DNA from: an uncultured virus (IMG/VR IMGVR_UViG_3300032213_002933)
Taxonomy: Duplodnaviria; Heunggongvirae; Uroviricota; Caudoviricetes
DNA length: 20,000 bases
Direction: 5' to 3' (one strand)
IMG/VR virus record: IMGVR_UViG_3300032213_002933
Positions 9,485-16,800 of the stretch are shown one piece after another; positions within the stretch are counted from its first letter, which is position 1, and each line of letters starts with the position of its first letter. The position numbers were made by a program, and so were the translations under genes. The notes beneath the pieces were generated by a model. It saw only the letters and a list, made by a program, of their open reading frames with translations, did not search any database and was not told the origin of the DNA.

Positions 9485-10900
9485 TTAAATTAGCGTATCT
9501 ACCGGCTGCTTTATTTTTCTTACTGGTTTTTGAAAATCAAAGATAAAGTTATCGTTAAGATAGTCAATATAGAATATAGTACCTTTTGGAATATTGCTAT
9601 TAACAATTGTTTTAGCAAGTGGCGTTTCTATGACATCCCTTCTGACTTGGGATATTCCTCTTGCGCCCTTTATGGTATCTACACCCTTCTCTATCAGGGC
9701 ATTTATAACATTGTCAGTATATGCCATTGACAATCCTCTTTTAGAAAGCTTTTCTGCTATAACTGACATTTCTATTTCTGCGATCTTTTGACAATCTTCC
9801 TGATTAAGGTGATTGAAGACAACTATTTTATCTAATCTATTGATAAATTCCGGCTTAAAGTATTTATTGATAGCTTCGTGAGTATTTTTTTCAACCATCG
9901 ATCTTAATGGTGTTTCTTTTGTGTCTCGCTTAAAAGTAATATTTTTAGTAAAACCTGTACCAGTAGCAATCATATGATCAACTGTTTTGTCATTTCCTAA
10001 GTTAGTTGTTAAAATTACTATTGTATTTCTAAAACTAATATGCTCCCCCTTCGAGTCGGTAACTATGCCATCGTCGAATATTCTAAGGAAAGTATTCCAA
10101 ATATCCTGATGGGCTTTTTCCACCTCATCAATCAGCACTACTGTGTAGGGATTCTTTTTTACTTGGTTAGTTAGCTGACCACCTTCGTCATGCCCAACGT
10201 AACCGGGAGGAGAACCCAGTAGCTTGGCATTCTCGTGCTTATGCTGGAATTCTCCACAGTCTATTCTTACCATCGGACTTTCATCCCCAAACAGGTAATG
10301 ATGAAGAGTATTTGCTAAATGGGTTTTTCCAACTCCAGAACTCCCGGCAAAAAGGAAAACACCTAGCGGACGGTTAGGATCATTAAGATCAGCCTGTGAC
10401 CTAAATAGCGCTGCATTGATTTCCTCAATTGCTTGATCCTGTCCAATAATATTATTTTTTAAATGGTTCTCTATCTCAGAAAATTTTTGTTTAGTAAGTT
10501 TTTTACTTTTTGGCAAGGGCTTTGCTTGCTTCGTCTGAGCCTGCTTTAAAAATTCTTTGACTCTTTTAATATCATAATCTGCTTCGGAATTGGAATCACT
10601 CTTAGTGGGATTGGTGGAGTAGGCAATGTTTAACCAGTAATCTAAATCCAGCCCTGGGTTAAGCATAATAGATCCCGCGTATACGGCCTCTAGAGCCCGC
10701 TCAGCGCCCTCTCTCGACATAGATGAGAGTGCAGCAGCAACATCGGTATTTAGGTTGTAAACGACGTATTGGAGAATTCTTTTACGAAGGTCTTTGGCTG
10801 ACTTATTTTTCTTAACAAATTCCTCTATGTCGGAAACCGCAAGAACTTTGAATTTTACACTAGTGCCGAGTTCAGGTATAAAGATTTGATAAATATTCAT
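9485..10900 (-). CDS. ClpA/ClpB-like AAA+ ATPase (second nucleotide-binding domain only) with unrelated N-terminal domain
   Basis: IIGQDQAI, RPLGVFLFAGSSGVGKT (Walker A), LLGSPPGYVGHDEGGQLT (GYVG pore loop), VVLIDEVEKAH (Walker B), FKPEFINRLD, GARG. Start ATG 10900 has GAAAGG upstream; the track starts at GTG 10921. Confidence 0.9.
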   Translation of the reverse strand: MNIYQIFIPELGTSVKFKVLAVSDIEEFVKKNKSAKDLRKRILQYVVYNLNTDVAAALSSMSREGAERALEAVYAGSIMLNPGLDLDYWLNIAYSTNPTKSDSNSEADYDIKRVKEFLKQAQTKQAKPLPKSKKLTKQKFSEIENHLKNNIIGQDQAIEEINAALFRSQADLNDPNRPLGVFLFAGSSGVGKTHLANTLHHYLFGDESPMVRIDCGEFQHKHENAKLLGSPPGYVGHDEGGQLTNQVKKNPYTVVLIDEVEKAHQDIWNTFLRIFDDGIVTDSKGEHISFRNTIVILTTNLGNDKTVDHMIATGTGFTKNITFKRDTKETPLRSMVEKNTHEAINKYFKPEFINRLDKIVVFNHLNQEDCQKIAEIEMSVIAEKLSKRGLSMAYTDNVINALIEKGVDTIKGARGISQVRRDVIETPLAKTIVNSNIPKGTIFYIDYLNDNFIFDFQKPVRKIKQPVDTLI

Positions 10901-10940
10901 AAAATGCCTTTCTGACGACACGTTCCCTTATATAGAATAT

Positions 10941-11023
10941 TATAAGTATACGTTGCTATATAAGTATACAGGATATAGTTGCTATATAAGTATATAGTAA
11001 AGGGGGGAAGGGGGGAAGGGGGG
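10941..11023. repeat. Direct repeats GTTGCTATATAAGTATA x2 plus (AAGGGGGG)x3
   Basis: 17-mers at 10952-10968 and 10978-10994, partial copy TATAAGTATA at 10941-10950, perfect octamer triplet at 11000-11023. Confidence 0.9.
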
Positions 11024-11062
11024 ATCATGGCTAGCTTATCACAGCGTGTCAACTTTTGTCAA
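11024..11062 (-). promoter_or_regulatory. Tandem sigma70-type promoters facing the Clp ATPase gene
   Basis: Minus strand: TTGACA(11052-11047)-17 nt-CATGAT(11029-11024) and TTGACA(11062-11057)-18 nt-TAAGCT(11038-11033) with TGn extension. Confidence 0.55.
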
Positions 11063-11220
11063 CGTGACTTTGGATTATAATCTTCAATACTTGGATGTTC
11101 TTCTATGCACGGACCAGAAAACGCCCAATATTTAATTAAATCCATGGGGGTTTGAAATCTATTGCTTAATAGGTATAATGCTAAATGAAGTTCTTCATTT
11201 TTAGTTACTCGCTTGCTCAT
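11059..11220 (-). CDS. Small hypothetical protein, 53 aa (not in ORF track)
   Basis: AGGAG RBS followed by MSKRVTKNEELHLALYLLSNRFQTPMDLIKYWAFSGPCIEEHPSIEDYNPKSR*. Confidence 0.7.
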   Translation of the reverse strand: MSKRVTKNEELHLALYLLSNRFQTPMDLIKYWAFSGPCIEEHPSIEDYNPKSR

Positions 11221-11242
11221 TAATACTCCTAGGTGTTATAAT
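11213..11242 (+). promoter_or_regulatory. sigma70-type promoter for the recA-containing unit
   Basis: TTGCTC(11213-11218)-18 nt-TATAAT(11237-11242) with extended -10 TGn, located at the strand switch. Confidence 0.5.
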
Positions 11243-11292
11243 ACTGATTTAATATATAAACAATATTATATCACCCCAGGAAGAGCTACGTA

Positions 11293-11526
11293 ATGCTGCA
11301 GAAGTCAGACCTTATTGGTATTGTTGATCAGAACTTGCAATTGCAACATCAAAAAATCTTAACTCACTTAAATCAAGTAAGATGCTCTTCATCTCAGTAC
11401 GAAATCTTGAAAAAGAATCTCTTACTGGAAATGCGCCGTTTTGAAGCGGAAGCTGATATAATGATATCTGACGCTGAGTACAGAAGTACAGATGAACACA
11501 CACAAGGAAAGCTTTTTGATGACTGA
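11293..11526 (+). CDS. Hypothetical protein, 77 aa (helical)
   Basis: ORF track; overlaps the recA start and follows the putative promoter. Confidence 0.65.
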   Translation: MLQKSDLIGIVDQNLQLQHQKILTHLNQVRCSSSQYEILKKNLLLEMRRFEAEADIMISDAEYRSTDEHTQGKLFDD

Positions 11527-12565
11527 GGATTTAGAGCCCGCTGTAAAAAATGTTGAATTCGATAAAGCAACTGGAGAAATACTCCCCTCCGCAAAGAAAA
11601 TTTTAAAAGAAGAATCTAAGACACTTGAGATAGCAATAGCTCAACTGCAGAAGCAATACGGTGCTGGCTCAGTTGTGCGACTTGGGTCAACTAACATTAA
11701 GCCATGGGATTCAATCTCTACTGGCGCATTGACACTTGACAATGCTCTTGGAATTGGTGGTTTCCCGCGCGGGCGCGTAGTAGAAATCTACGGACCTGAA
11801 TCATCAGGTAAATCCACCATAGCTTTAGCTACAGTAGCCAAGGCTCAGCAAATGGGCATCACATGCGCTTACATCGACGCAGAGCACGCACTTGACCCAG
11901 TGTACATGCAAGCCGTAGGCATCGACCTAGACAATCTCTTGTTGGCACAGCCAGATTATGGCGAACAAGGCTTTGACATCGCAGACAGACTTTTGCGCAC
12001 TGGAGAGGTCGGATTAATCGTTATCGACTCAGTTGCAGCACTTGTTCCAAAGGCAGAGCTTGATGGCGAAATGGAACAGGCTCACATGGGCTTACAGGCA
12101 CGCATGATGGCAAAAGCTATGCGTAAGATTACTGGACTCGCCGCTCAGCACAACACTCTTATTATATTCATTAACCAATTACGAAATAAAATTGGAATTA
12201 TGTTTGGCAATCCCGAAACCACTCCTGGTGGATTCGCCCTCAAGTTTGCAGCGTCTGTTCGTATTGACGTCCGCAAGAAAGAAGACTTGAAGGATAAGTC
12301 AGGCAATCCAATTGGAGTAAAGATCAAAGCTAAGGTTATTAAGAATAAGATGGCACCCCCAATGAAGATTGTAGAGTTTGATATTATTTATGCTCAGGGC
12401 ATTGATGAGTATGGTTGTATCTTTGACCTAGGAATAGATAAGGGTGTTCTTGCACAAAAGGGCGCATGGGTTTATTATAACAATGAAAACTTTGCGCAGG
12501 GTAGAGACAACGCTATTGAGAAGCTAAAGTCAAATCCCGAGATCGTTGCCGCAATCAAGAAGTAG
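11519..12565 (+). CDS. recA: Recombinase RecA (phage-encoded)
   Basis: STGALTLDNALGIGGFPRGRVVEIYGPESSGKST, YIDAEHALDP, IVIDSVAALVPKAE, IFINQLRNKIGIMFGNPETTPGGFALKF, KNKMAPP. Start 11519 (AAGGA upstream) is preferred over 11492. Confidence 0.97.
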   Translation: MTEDLEPAVKNVEFDKATGEILPSAKKILKEESKTLEIAIAQLQKQYGAGSVVRLGSTNIKPWDSISTGALTLDNALGIGGFPRGRVVEIYGPESSGKSTIALATVAKAQQMGITCAYIDAEHALDPVYMQAVGIDLDNLLLAQPDYGEQGFDIADRLLRTGEVGLIVIDSVAALVPKAELDGEMEQAHMGLQARMMAKAMRKITGLAAQHNTLIIFINQLRNKIGIMFGNPETTPGGFALKFAASVRIDVRKKEDLKDKSGNPIGVKIKAKVIKNKMAPPMKIVEFDIIYAQGIDEYGCIFDLGIDKGVLAQKGAWVYYNNENFAQGRDNAIEKLKSNPEIVAAIKK

Positions 12566-12567
12566 AT

Positions 12568-12741
12568 ATGGACTTCAATCCAACTACATGTGAAGATTGT
12601 CGCTATCCGGCGAACTTCATTATCACACCCCTGCCTCGAAAAACTAACCGACAATTTTTTTCTGTGAAGTGCAGAGATTGCGGTGACTCTTGGAATGAAT
12701 CCCCTGATGAGGATGACAGTAACCCTGTCGAAGAAATATAA
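12568..12741 (+). CDS. Small Zn-ribbon protein with acidic tail, 57 aa (not in ORF track)
   Basis: MDFNPTTCEDCRYPANFIITPLPRKTNRQFFSVKCRDCGDSWNESPDEDDSNPVEEI*. Starts 2 nt after the recA stop. Confidence 0.75.
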   Translation: MDFNPTTCEDCRYPANFIITPLPRKTNRQFFSVKCRDCGDSWNESPDEDDSNPVEEI

Positions 12742-12795
12742 CTTATATCTTAACTGATAGGTACTATATCCATAAGCGCTACTTAAGGTGGATTT

Positions 12796-13086
12796 ATGGA
12801 TTTTGTTCGACGGATATTAGATCTTTTTAAAAAAGAACAGATAGCTGGAACTAGTCAATTTACTTCCTTCGTCCATGTTTCTGATGTTACGAGTTCTGAA
12901 TTTGTCGTCACGGTTCACACAGATGAAACTGGGTATTTAATATTCTCTATCTTTAGCCCCGATGAGTGGGCCATGATTGTGGATGTCTGTGAATTGACTT
13001 CCCGCGATATTAAAGAGGTTGTCCGTGAGATTTCAGATGATGAGAATATTACCAATATTGCCATTGATCCTAGGGATATAGATTAA
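12796..13086 (+). CDS. Hypothetical protein, 96 aa
   Basis: ORF track; AAGGTGG upstream; the stop overlaps the next ATG (TAATG). Confidence 0.7.
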   Translation: MDFVRRILDLFKKEQIAGTSQFTSFVHVSDVTSSEFVVTVHTDETGYLIFSIFSPDEWAMIVDVCELTSRDIKEVVREISDDENITNIAIDPRDID

Positions 13087-15473
13087 TGGCTGATGACTAT
13101 ATATATAAATTAAATCCCATAAAAGGGTGGATGTTCAAAGGTGGTCCTAGATCCTCACCAGTAGCTCCTTTTACTGGAGCCTATAAGGGAGATAATTCCT
13201 TAAATATGGGTTGGAAGATTCACTTTGATTTAAAAAGTACTTTATCGCTCGAGGATTCTTTAAAGCAAGCTGGAATGGATACTTCTCGTAACATTATTGA
13301 TTCATCTAAATTTAAATCTGTTGCGCAAAGATATGTAAGTTATTCAGGTGGTAACTTATCAGATAAGGAAATTGCCCAAGGTATTTATGACACTATAAAC
13401 TTTGGAAGAAGACAACTCCCAGGCGGTATCGAGTATGAGCAGTTATTTCCAAAAATTACTGATATTTTCGATACGGCTGATGTACTCAAGTCTCAGGGTA
13501 TGGATTTCAAGTTTGGCCCTAATACTTATGGAAACTGGACGGCTTATCCATCTTCGCTAGAAAGAAGAGATAAACTAATCGCTTCTCTGGAGTCTTCCAT
13601 GGGTTCTAGGCTAGAAGAGGCTAAGAATATAGAATCTGCTGGATCTGACTTATTGAGCCGATATACTAAAGGTAGATTTACCAGTCAATACATGAAACAG
13701 ATTCCAGAATTTATGAAACATTCTTGGAGCGCAGTTCTTTCTGATGATGAATTCCAAAAGCTGCCACCTCTCCAGAGGATTCAGGAACGAGTTTTTAGTA
13801 GCGCAAAAAAATTTCCTGACACATTAAAGAAATTTTTAGCTAGCGAACCTATTTTAGAAGAAATGATGTTTGGCCCAAAGGGGTATGTTAGTCCATATGA
13901 AGATATTCCGTCGCTATTAAAAGCGCGTGGCATTTCAATTGATATTCCGGGAAGAGCTGCGATAACACCCATAACTCCACATGCAACAGCTGTCACATCA
14001 AGCAACATACCGAATACCCCTCAATTAAAACAGCCTCCTCAGCCAGTCATTCCAATAACAAAACATGCCGAGACCGTATTGCCGGTAACTCAACAGGGTA
14101 AACCATTAATGAACATACCTGGCCATGGCCAAGTTATTGATCCGATTGAGATAGCCACAAGACGCGCCAAAAGACAAGCAGACTTAGACGAAGCTTTTAA
14201 TCCAATTCAGATTAATCAGAGGGTAAATGCTCAACGCAAAGCAGCGTTGCCACTAAAGAAGGCTAATAAAGCTCAACGACGTGCTGCAAAGAATGCAAGA
14301 GCTTTAGAGCTGCAGAAGCAAAAAGAAGAGGGTTCTAAACTCGCACGTGCAGAAGCTGAAAGGCTAAAGGCTGAAAGAGCTGCGCAACAAGTAACTCAAC
14401 CAACAACTGTTTCTTTGTCCGGTGCCGCAAAGGATGAGAGTACTCTAAGTGTTACAGGAGAAGTTAGATCAAAACCTATCTATGTTAATCCGGTAACAAG
14501 ACAAAGAGAGGGTAAGCCTGAGTTTGTCGGCAATCGTAAGGGCAGATTAAAGGTCGGGCAAACTCGAGAAGGATCTATGGATGCGATTAGAGTAGCTGGA
14601 TTTGAAATAAGTATTGACGGAGCTCCATCTCGTTCTCTTTTGTATAACCCAACTATAGACGCGCCCACATATGAAGCTTATGGTTCAATCAGTGATGGAT
14701 CTAGGAAGAAAACTGGAATGTCTCATGGAGAAGCTGTTGATTACATCAGTAAGAGGGTTCGAAACGATGGTGGAACAGTTGGAAACACTAAGTCTCTCTA
14801 TGGATTTGACGAGCAGGTAAAGAAGCTCATTGATGACGGTATTGTTTCTCGAGGTGATGTCATTGATATTCTTAAAGGAAAAAATCAAGCTAATGAATTT
14901 GGAAGAATCTTACCAAGAAGCGCAGGCGCCGGAATAGTGACTCCTCCCGGTCAACTAACAGGAATGGGTAACATTGTTGACCTTCCCAAAAATGCCCAAC
15001 AATTAATCTCAGGTCTAGGCCTTGAAGATGATATGAGACTTTCATATGGTGAAGCTTTGCTGCAATCATCGCGAATGGATCAACAAGGTGGCATTCTTAG
15101 TACAGGCAAGCAAATACAACTGGGAGGAAGACTTAACCTTGCAGATAAACAGGCGATGATGGTTGATCATGAAAAAATACAAACAGCTGCTCGTTTAGCT
15201 AGAGAAGAAGAAAGATTGGCTCCGATAAGGGCTGAAAGGGTTCAAGCAGTTATTAATCGGGGTAGTTCTCAAGTAGGCGAAACAATTTTTCACTCTCCAC
15301 TCGCACCTGCTGCTGAACAGGCTGAAGAAGTTGTTCGTAAGGCTCCCATCTCTAGGAGAACTATGGAAAAGATGATGTCTTCTAACATGCTTGCCGCAGG
15401 AGTTGCTGCGGGTGGTTTGGGGCTTCTTTATGCTTCAAACAAGATAAGAGGCGAAAGAGAAGTTGGACGTTAA
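13086..15473 (+). CDS. 795-aa multidomain protein: N-terminal putative OspF/RamC-N-like lyase domain, Pro/Gln linker, coiled coil, C-terminal hydrophobic segment
   Basis: GWKIH...LKSQGMDFKFG...GNWTAYP...GSD...GRF; P/Q-rich linker; A/E/K/R helix; tail MLAAGVAAGGLGLLYASNKIR. The CDS is solid and the domain call is tentative. Confidence 0.7.
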   Translation: MADDYIYKLNPIKGWMFKGGPRSSPVAPFTGAYKGDNSLNMGWKIHFDLKSTLSLEDSLKQAGMDTSRNIIDSSKFKSVAQRYVSYSGGNLSDKEIAQGIYDTINFGRRQLPGGIEYEQLFPKITDIFDTADVLKSQGMDFKFGPNTYGNWTAYPSSLERRDKLIASLESSMGSRLEEAKNIESAGSDLLSRYTKGRFTSQYMKQIPEFMKHSWSAVLSDDEFQKLPPLQRIQERVFSSAKKFPDTLKKFLASEPILEEMMFGPKGYVSPYEDIPSLLKARGISIDIPGRAAITPITPHATAVTSSNIPNTPQLKQPPQPVIPITKHAETVLPVTQQGKPLMNIPGHGQVIDPIEIATRRAKRQADLDEAFNPIQINQRVNAQRKAALPLKKANKAQRRAAKNARALELQKQKEEGSKLARAEAERLKAERAAQQVTQPTTVSLSGAAKDESTLSVTGEVRSKPIYVNPVTRQREGKPEFVGNRKGRLKVGQTREGSMDAIRVAGFEISIDGAPSRSLLYNPTIDAPTYEAYGSISDGSRKKTGMSHGEAVDYISKRVRNDGGTVGNTKSLYGFDEQVKKLIDDGIVSRGDVIDILKGKNQANEFGRILPRSAGAGIVTPPGQLTGMGNIVDLPKNAQQLISGLGLEDDMRLSYGEALLQSSRMDQQGGILSTGKQIQLGGRLNLADKQAMMVDHEKIQTAARLAREEERLAPIRAERVQAVINRGSSQVGETIFHSPLAPAAEQAEEVVRKAPISRRTMEKMMSSNMLAAGVAAGGLGLLYASNKIRGEREVGR

Positions 15474-15515
15474 TACTTAACGGCATTTTTTTTTCAAACT
15501 CGCCGGTATAAAAAC

Positions 15516-15560
15516 AAAAGAGACGCTTCCTGCCTAATGAGCAGAGAGCGTCTCTTTTTT
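15516..15560. terminator. Bidirectional intrinsic terminator between convergent genes
   Basis: AAAAGAGACGCT-TC-CTGC-ctaatga-GCAG-AG-AGCGTCTCTTTTTT, with A-run before and T-run after. Confidence 0.85.
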
Positions 15561-15574
15561 CGTTTGGTTAACGA

Positions 15575-15793
15575 TCAGTAGTCGTAACCCGATTCCCAAC
15601 CTATTTCATCATAGGATTCATTTGAAGATGAAAAGGCCATTTCGAAGTCAGTTCCTTCGAGGCTCGTATGGGCCATGCCACCGAAGGGGTTGACCCACTG
15701 GAAGCAGTCTGGACATCTCATGTTGGAACCAAGGAGTTCCTCAGCGACGATAAATTCTGATGCACAGTGTGGACACTCTATAAATGAATTCAT
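15575..15793 (-). CDS. Small Zn-ribbon protein (MJ0042-like spacing) with acidic tail, 72 aa
   Basis: IECPHCASEFIVAEELLGSNMRCPDC; AAAGGA RBS upstream. Confidence 0.75.
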   Translation of the reverse strand: MNSFIECPHCASEFIVAEELLGSNMRCPDCFQWVNPFGGMAHTSLEGTDFEMAFSSSNESYDEIGWESGYDY

Positions 15794-15862
15794 TTTTTAT
15801 CCTTTGATGTGTTAAGCATTAGCTGGTATGGGTTGATGTGACCCTTGTGGATCACGTCATTG

Positions 15863-15892
15863 ACTATATCCATTGCGGGCGGGTTGATGCAA
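15863..15892 (-). promoter_or_regulatory. Possible sigma70-type promoter for the 72-aa Zn-ribbon gene
   Basis: Minus strand TTGCAT-18 nt-TATAGT about 70 nt upstream of the start. Confidence 0.4.
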
Positions 15893-15899
15893 CTCGTAG

Positions 15900-16206
15900 A
15901 TAGTTATTTTAGAAAAAAAATTTCTTACGGGCGATTCTGTATAGGAAAAAATTTTGGACTGAAATGGATGAAAGGTGTTGCGAGTTTTTCTAAACTCGAG
16001 GGGCAAACGTTTCTAAACTCGAGGGGGTATAAACGTATATAGAATCTATATAAGAGAAAATATAGAAAAAAATTATAGGGGAAATATATAACCTTATATA
16101 GGTTTAATATATGGTAAAAATTAAGGAAAATTTATAGGGGGGAGATAGTGAGTATATATGTATACTTAAGACTTTTAACATGCCCACCCGGGTATGGGGT
16201 CTTAGG
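15900..16206. other. Non-coding A-tract/palindrome region; candidate genome terminus, packaging site or origin
   Basis: Repeated A4-8-TT tracts, direct repeat TTTCTAAACTCGAGGGG (15987-16003, 16010-16026), inverted repeat TATATAGA-A-TCTATATA (16036-16052), hairpin 16165-16206. Lies at a divergent strand switch. Confidence 0.45.
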
Positions 16207-16295
16207 TTGTCATACTCCGTCAGCGGAATGACGCTAAATACAACGGGGAGACTACGCGTGCCTTAAACAGCGTATTATGGTTCCTAGGAGGGATC
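16206..16295 (+). ncRNA. Structured leader element, copy A
   Basis: Near-identical to 16717-16800. Hairpins CGTCA/TGACG and TACGC/GCGTA, with flanking GTTGT/ACAAC pairing. Confidence 0.5.
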
Positions 16296-16643
16296 ATGTT
16301 CCAATTAATTAAAATGCTCTTAAGCGTCCTTACGCAGGAGCAAAAAGAAGGTATTTATGCAAGTCCAGTACTGCTGGCTGCTATAGAGGCAGTTCATGCA
16401 GTAGATGCTTCACCGGAAACATACACCAGTTTTTGGTGGGAAGCTACCTACTATGGCTCACCCTTGCAAGGTATGGCTCTATTAAAGGATGCTGCGTTCA
16501 TCTACTCTGTAGAGCAAGCCTTGGGTGCAGAGCAGGTTGCTATCTGGAATGCCTGTAACAGAGGTTCCATTTGGCAGTTCGTTGGTGTGCAGCAGCATAC
16601 CGTGGTGGGGGATACTCTCCGTCCGGTGTTCACACTGAAGTAA
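16296..16643 (+). CDS. Hypothetical protein, 115 aa (cassette 1)
   Basis: AGGAGG RBS; followed by a terminator hairpin. Confidence 0.85.
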   Translation: MFQLIKMLLSVLTQEQKEGIYASPVLLAAIEAVHAVDASPETYTSFWWEATYYGSPLQGMALLKDAAFIYSVEQALGAEQVAIWNACNRGSIWQFVGVQQHTVVGDTLRPVFTLK

Positions 16644-16659
16644 GCAGTAAGTAGAAGGT

Positions 16660-16715
16660 GTGTTTCCCTTGGGGTCTTCGGATCCTGAGGGAAACACCTT
16701 TTTTGAGGATAGACC
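16660..16715 (+). repeat. Cassette-boundary element 1: terminator hairpin + TTTTTTGAGGATAGACC
   Basis: GTGTTTCCCTTGGGGTC-TTCG-GATCCTGAGGGAAACAC followed by the conserved motif at 16699-16715. Confidence 0.9.
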
Positions 16716-16716
16716 A

Positions 16717-16800
16717 TTGTCCTTCGTCAGCGGTATGACGTTAAATACAACGGGGAGATACGCGAGCCTTAAAGTGCGTATAACATTCCTAGGAGGAATC
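16717..16800 (+). ncRNA. Structured leader element, copy B
   Basis: TTGTCCTTCGTCAGCGGTATGACGTTAAATACAACGGGGAGATACGCGAGCCTTAAAGTGCGTATAACATTCCTAGGAGG, a duplicate of copy A. Confidence 0.5.

Noticed and set aside
12568..12741. TFIIS/TFS transcript cleavage factor
   Set aside because: Cys spacing and C..CG..W.E look similar, but the catalytic QxRSADE hairpin is missing.
15575..15793. LysW amino-group carrier protein
   Set aside because: Zn ribbon and acidic tail are similar, but the required C-terminal EDWGE is absent (ends WESGYDY).
16218..16800. Canonical pistol ribozyme
   Set aside because: Only the first hairpin plus YTAAATA resembles it. No strand complementary to the loop GCGG(A/T)A and no recognisable cleavage-site helices are present.
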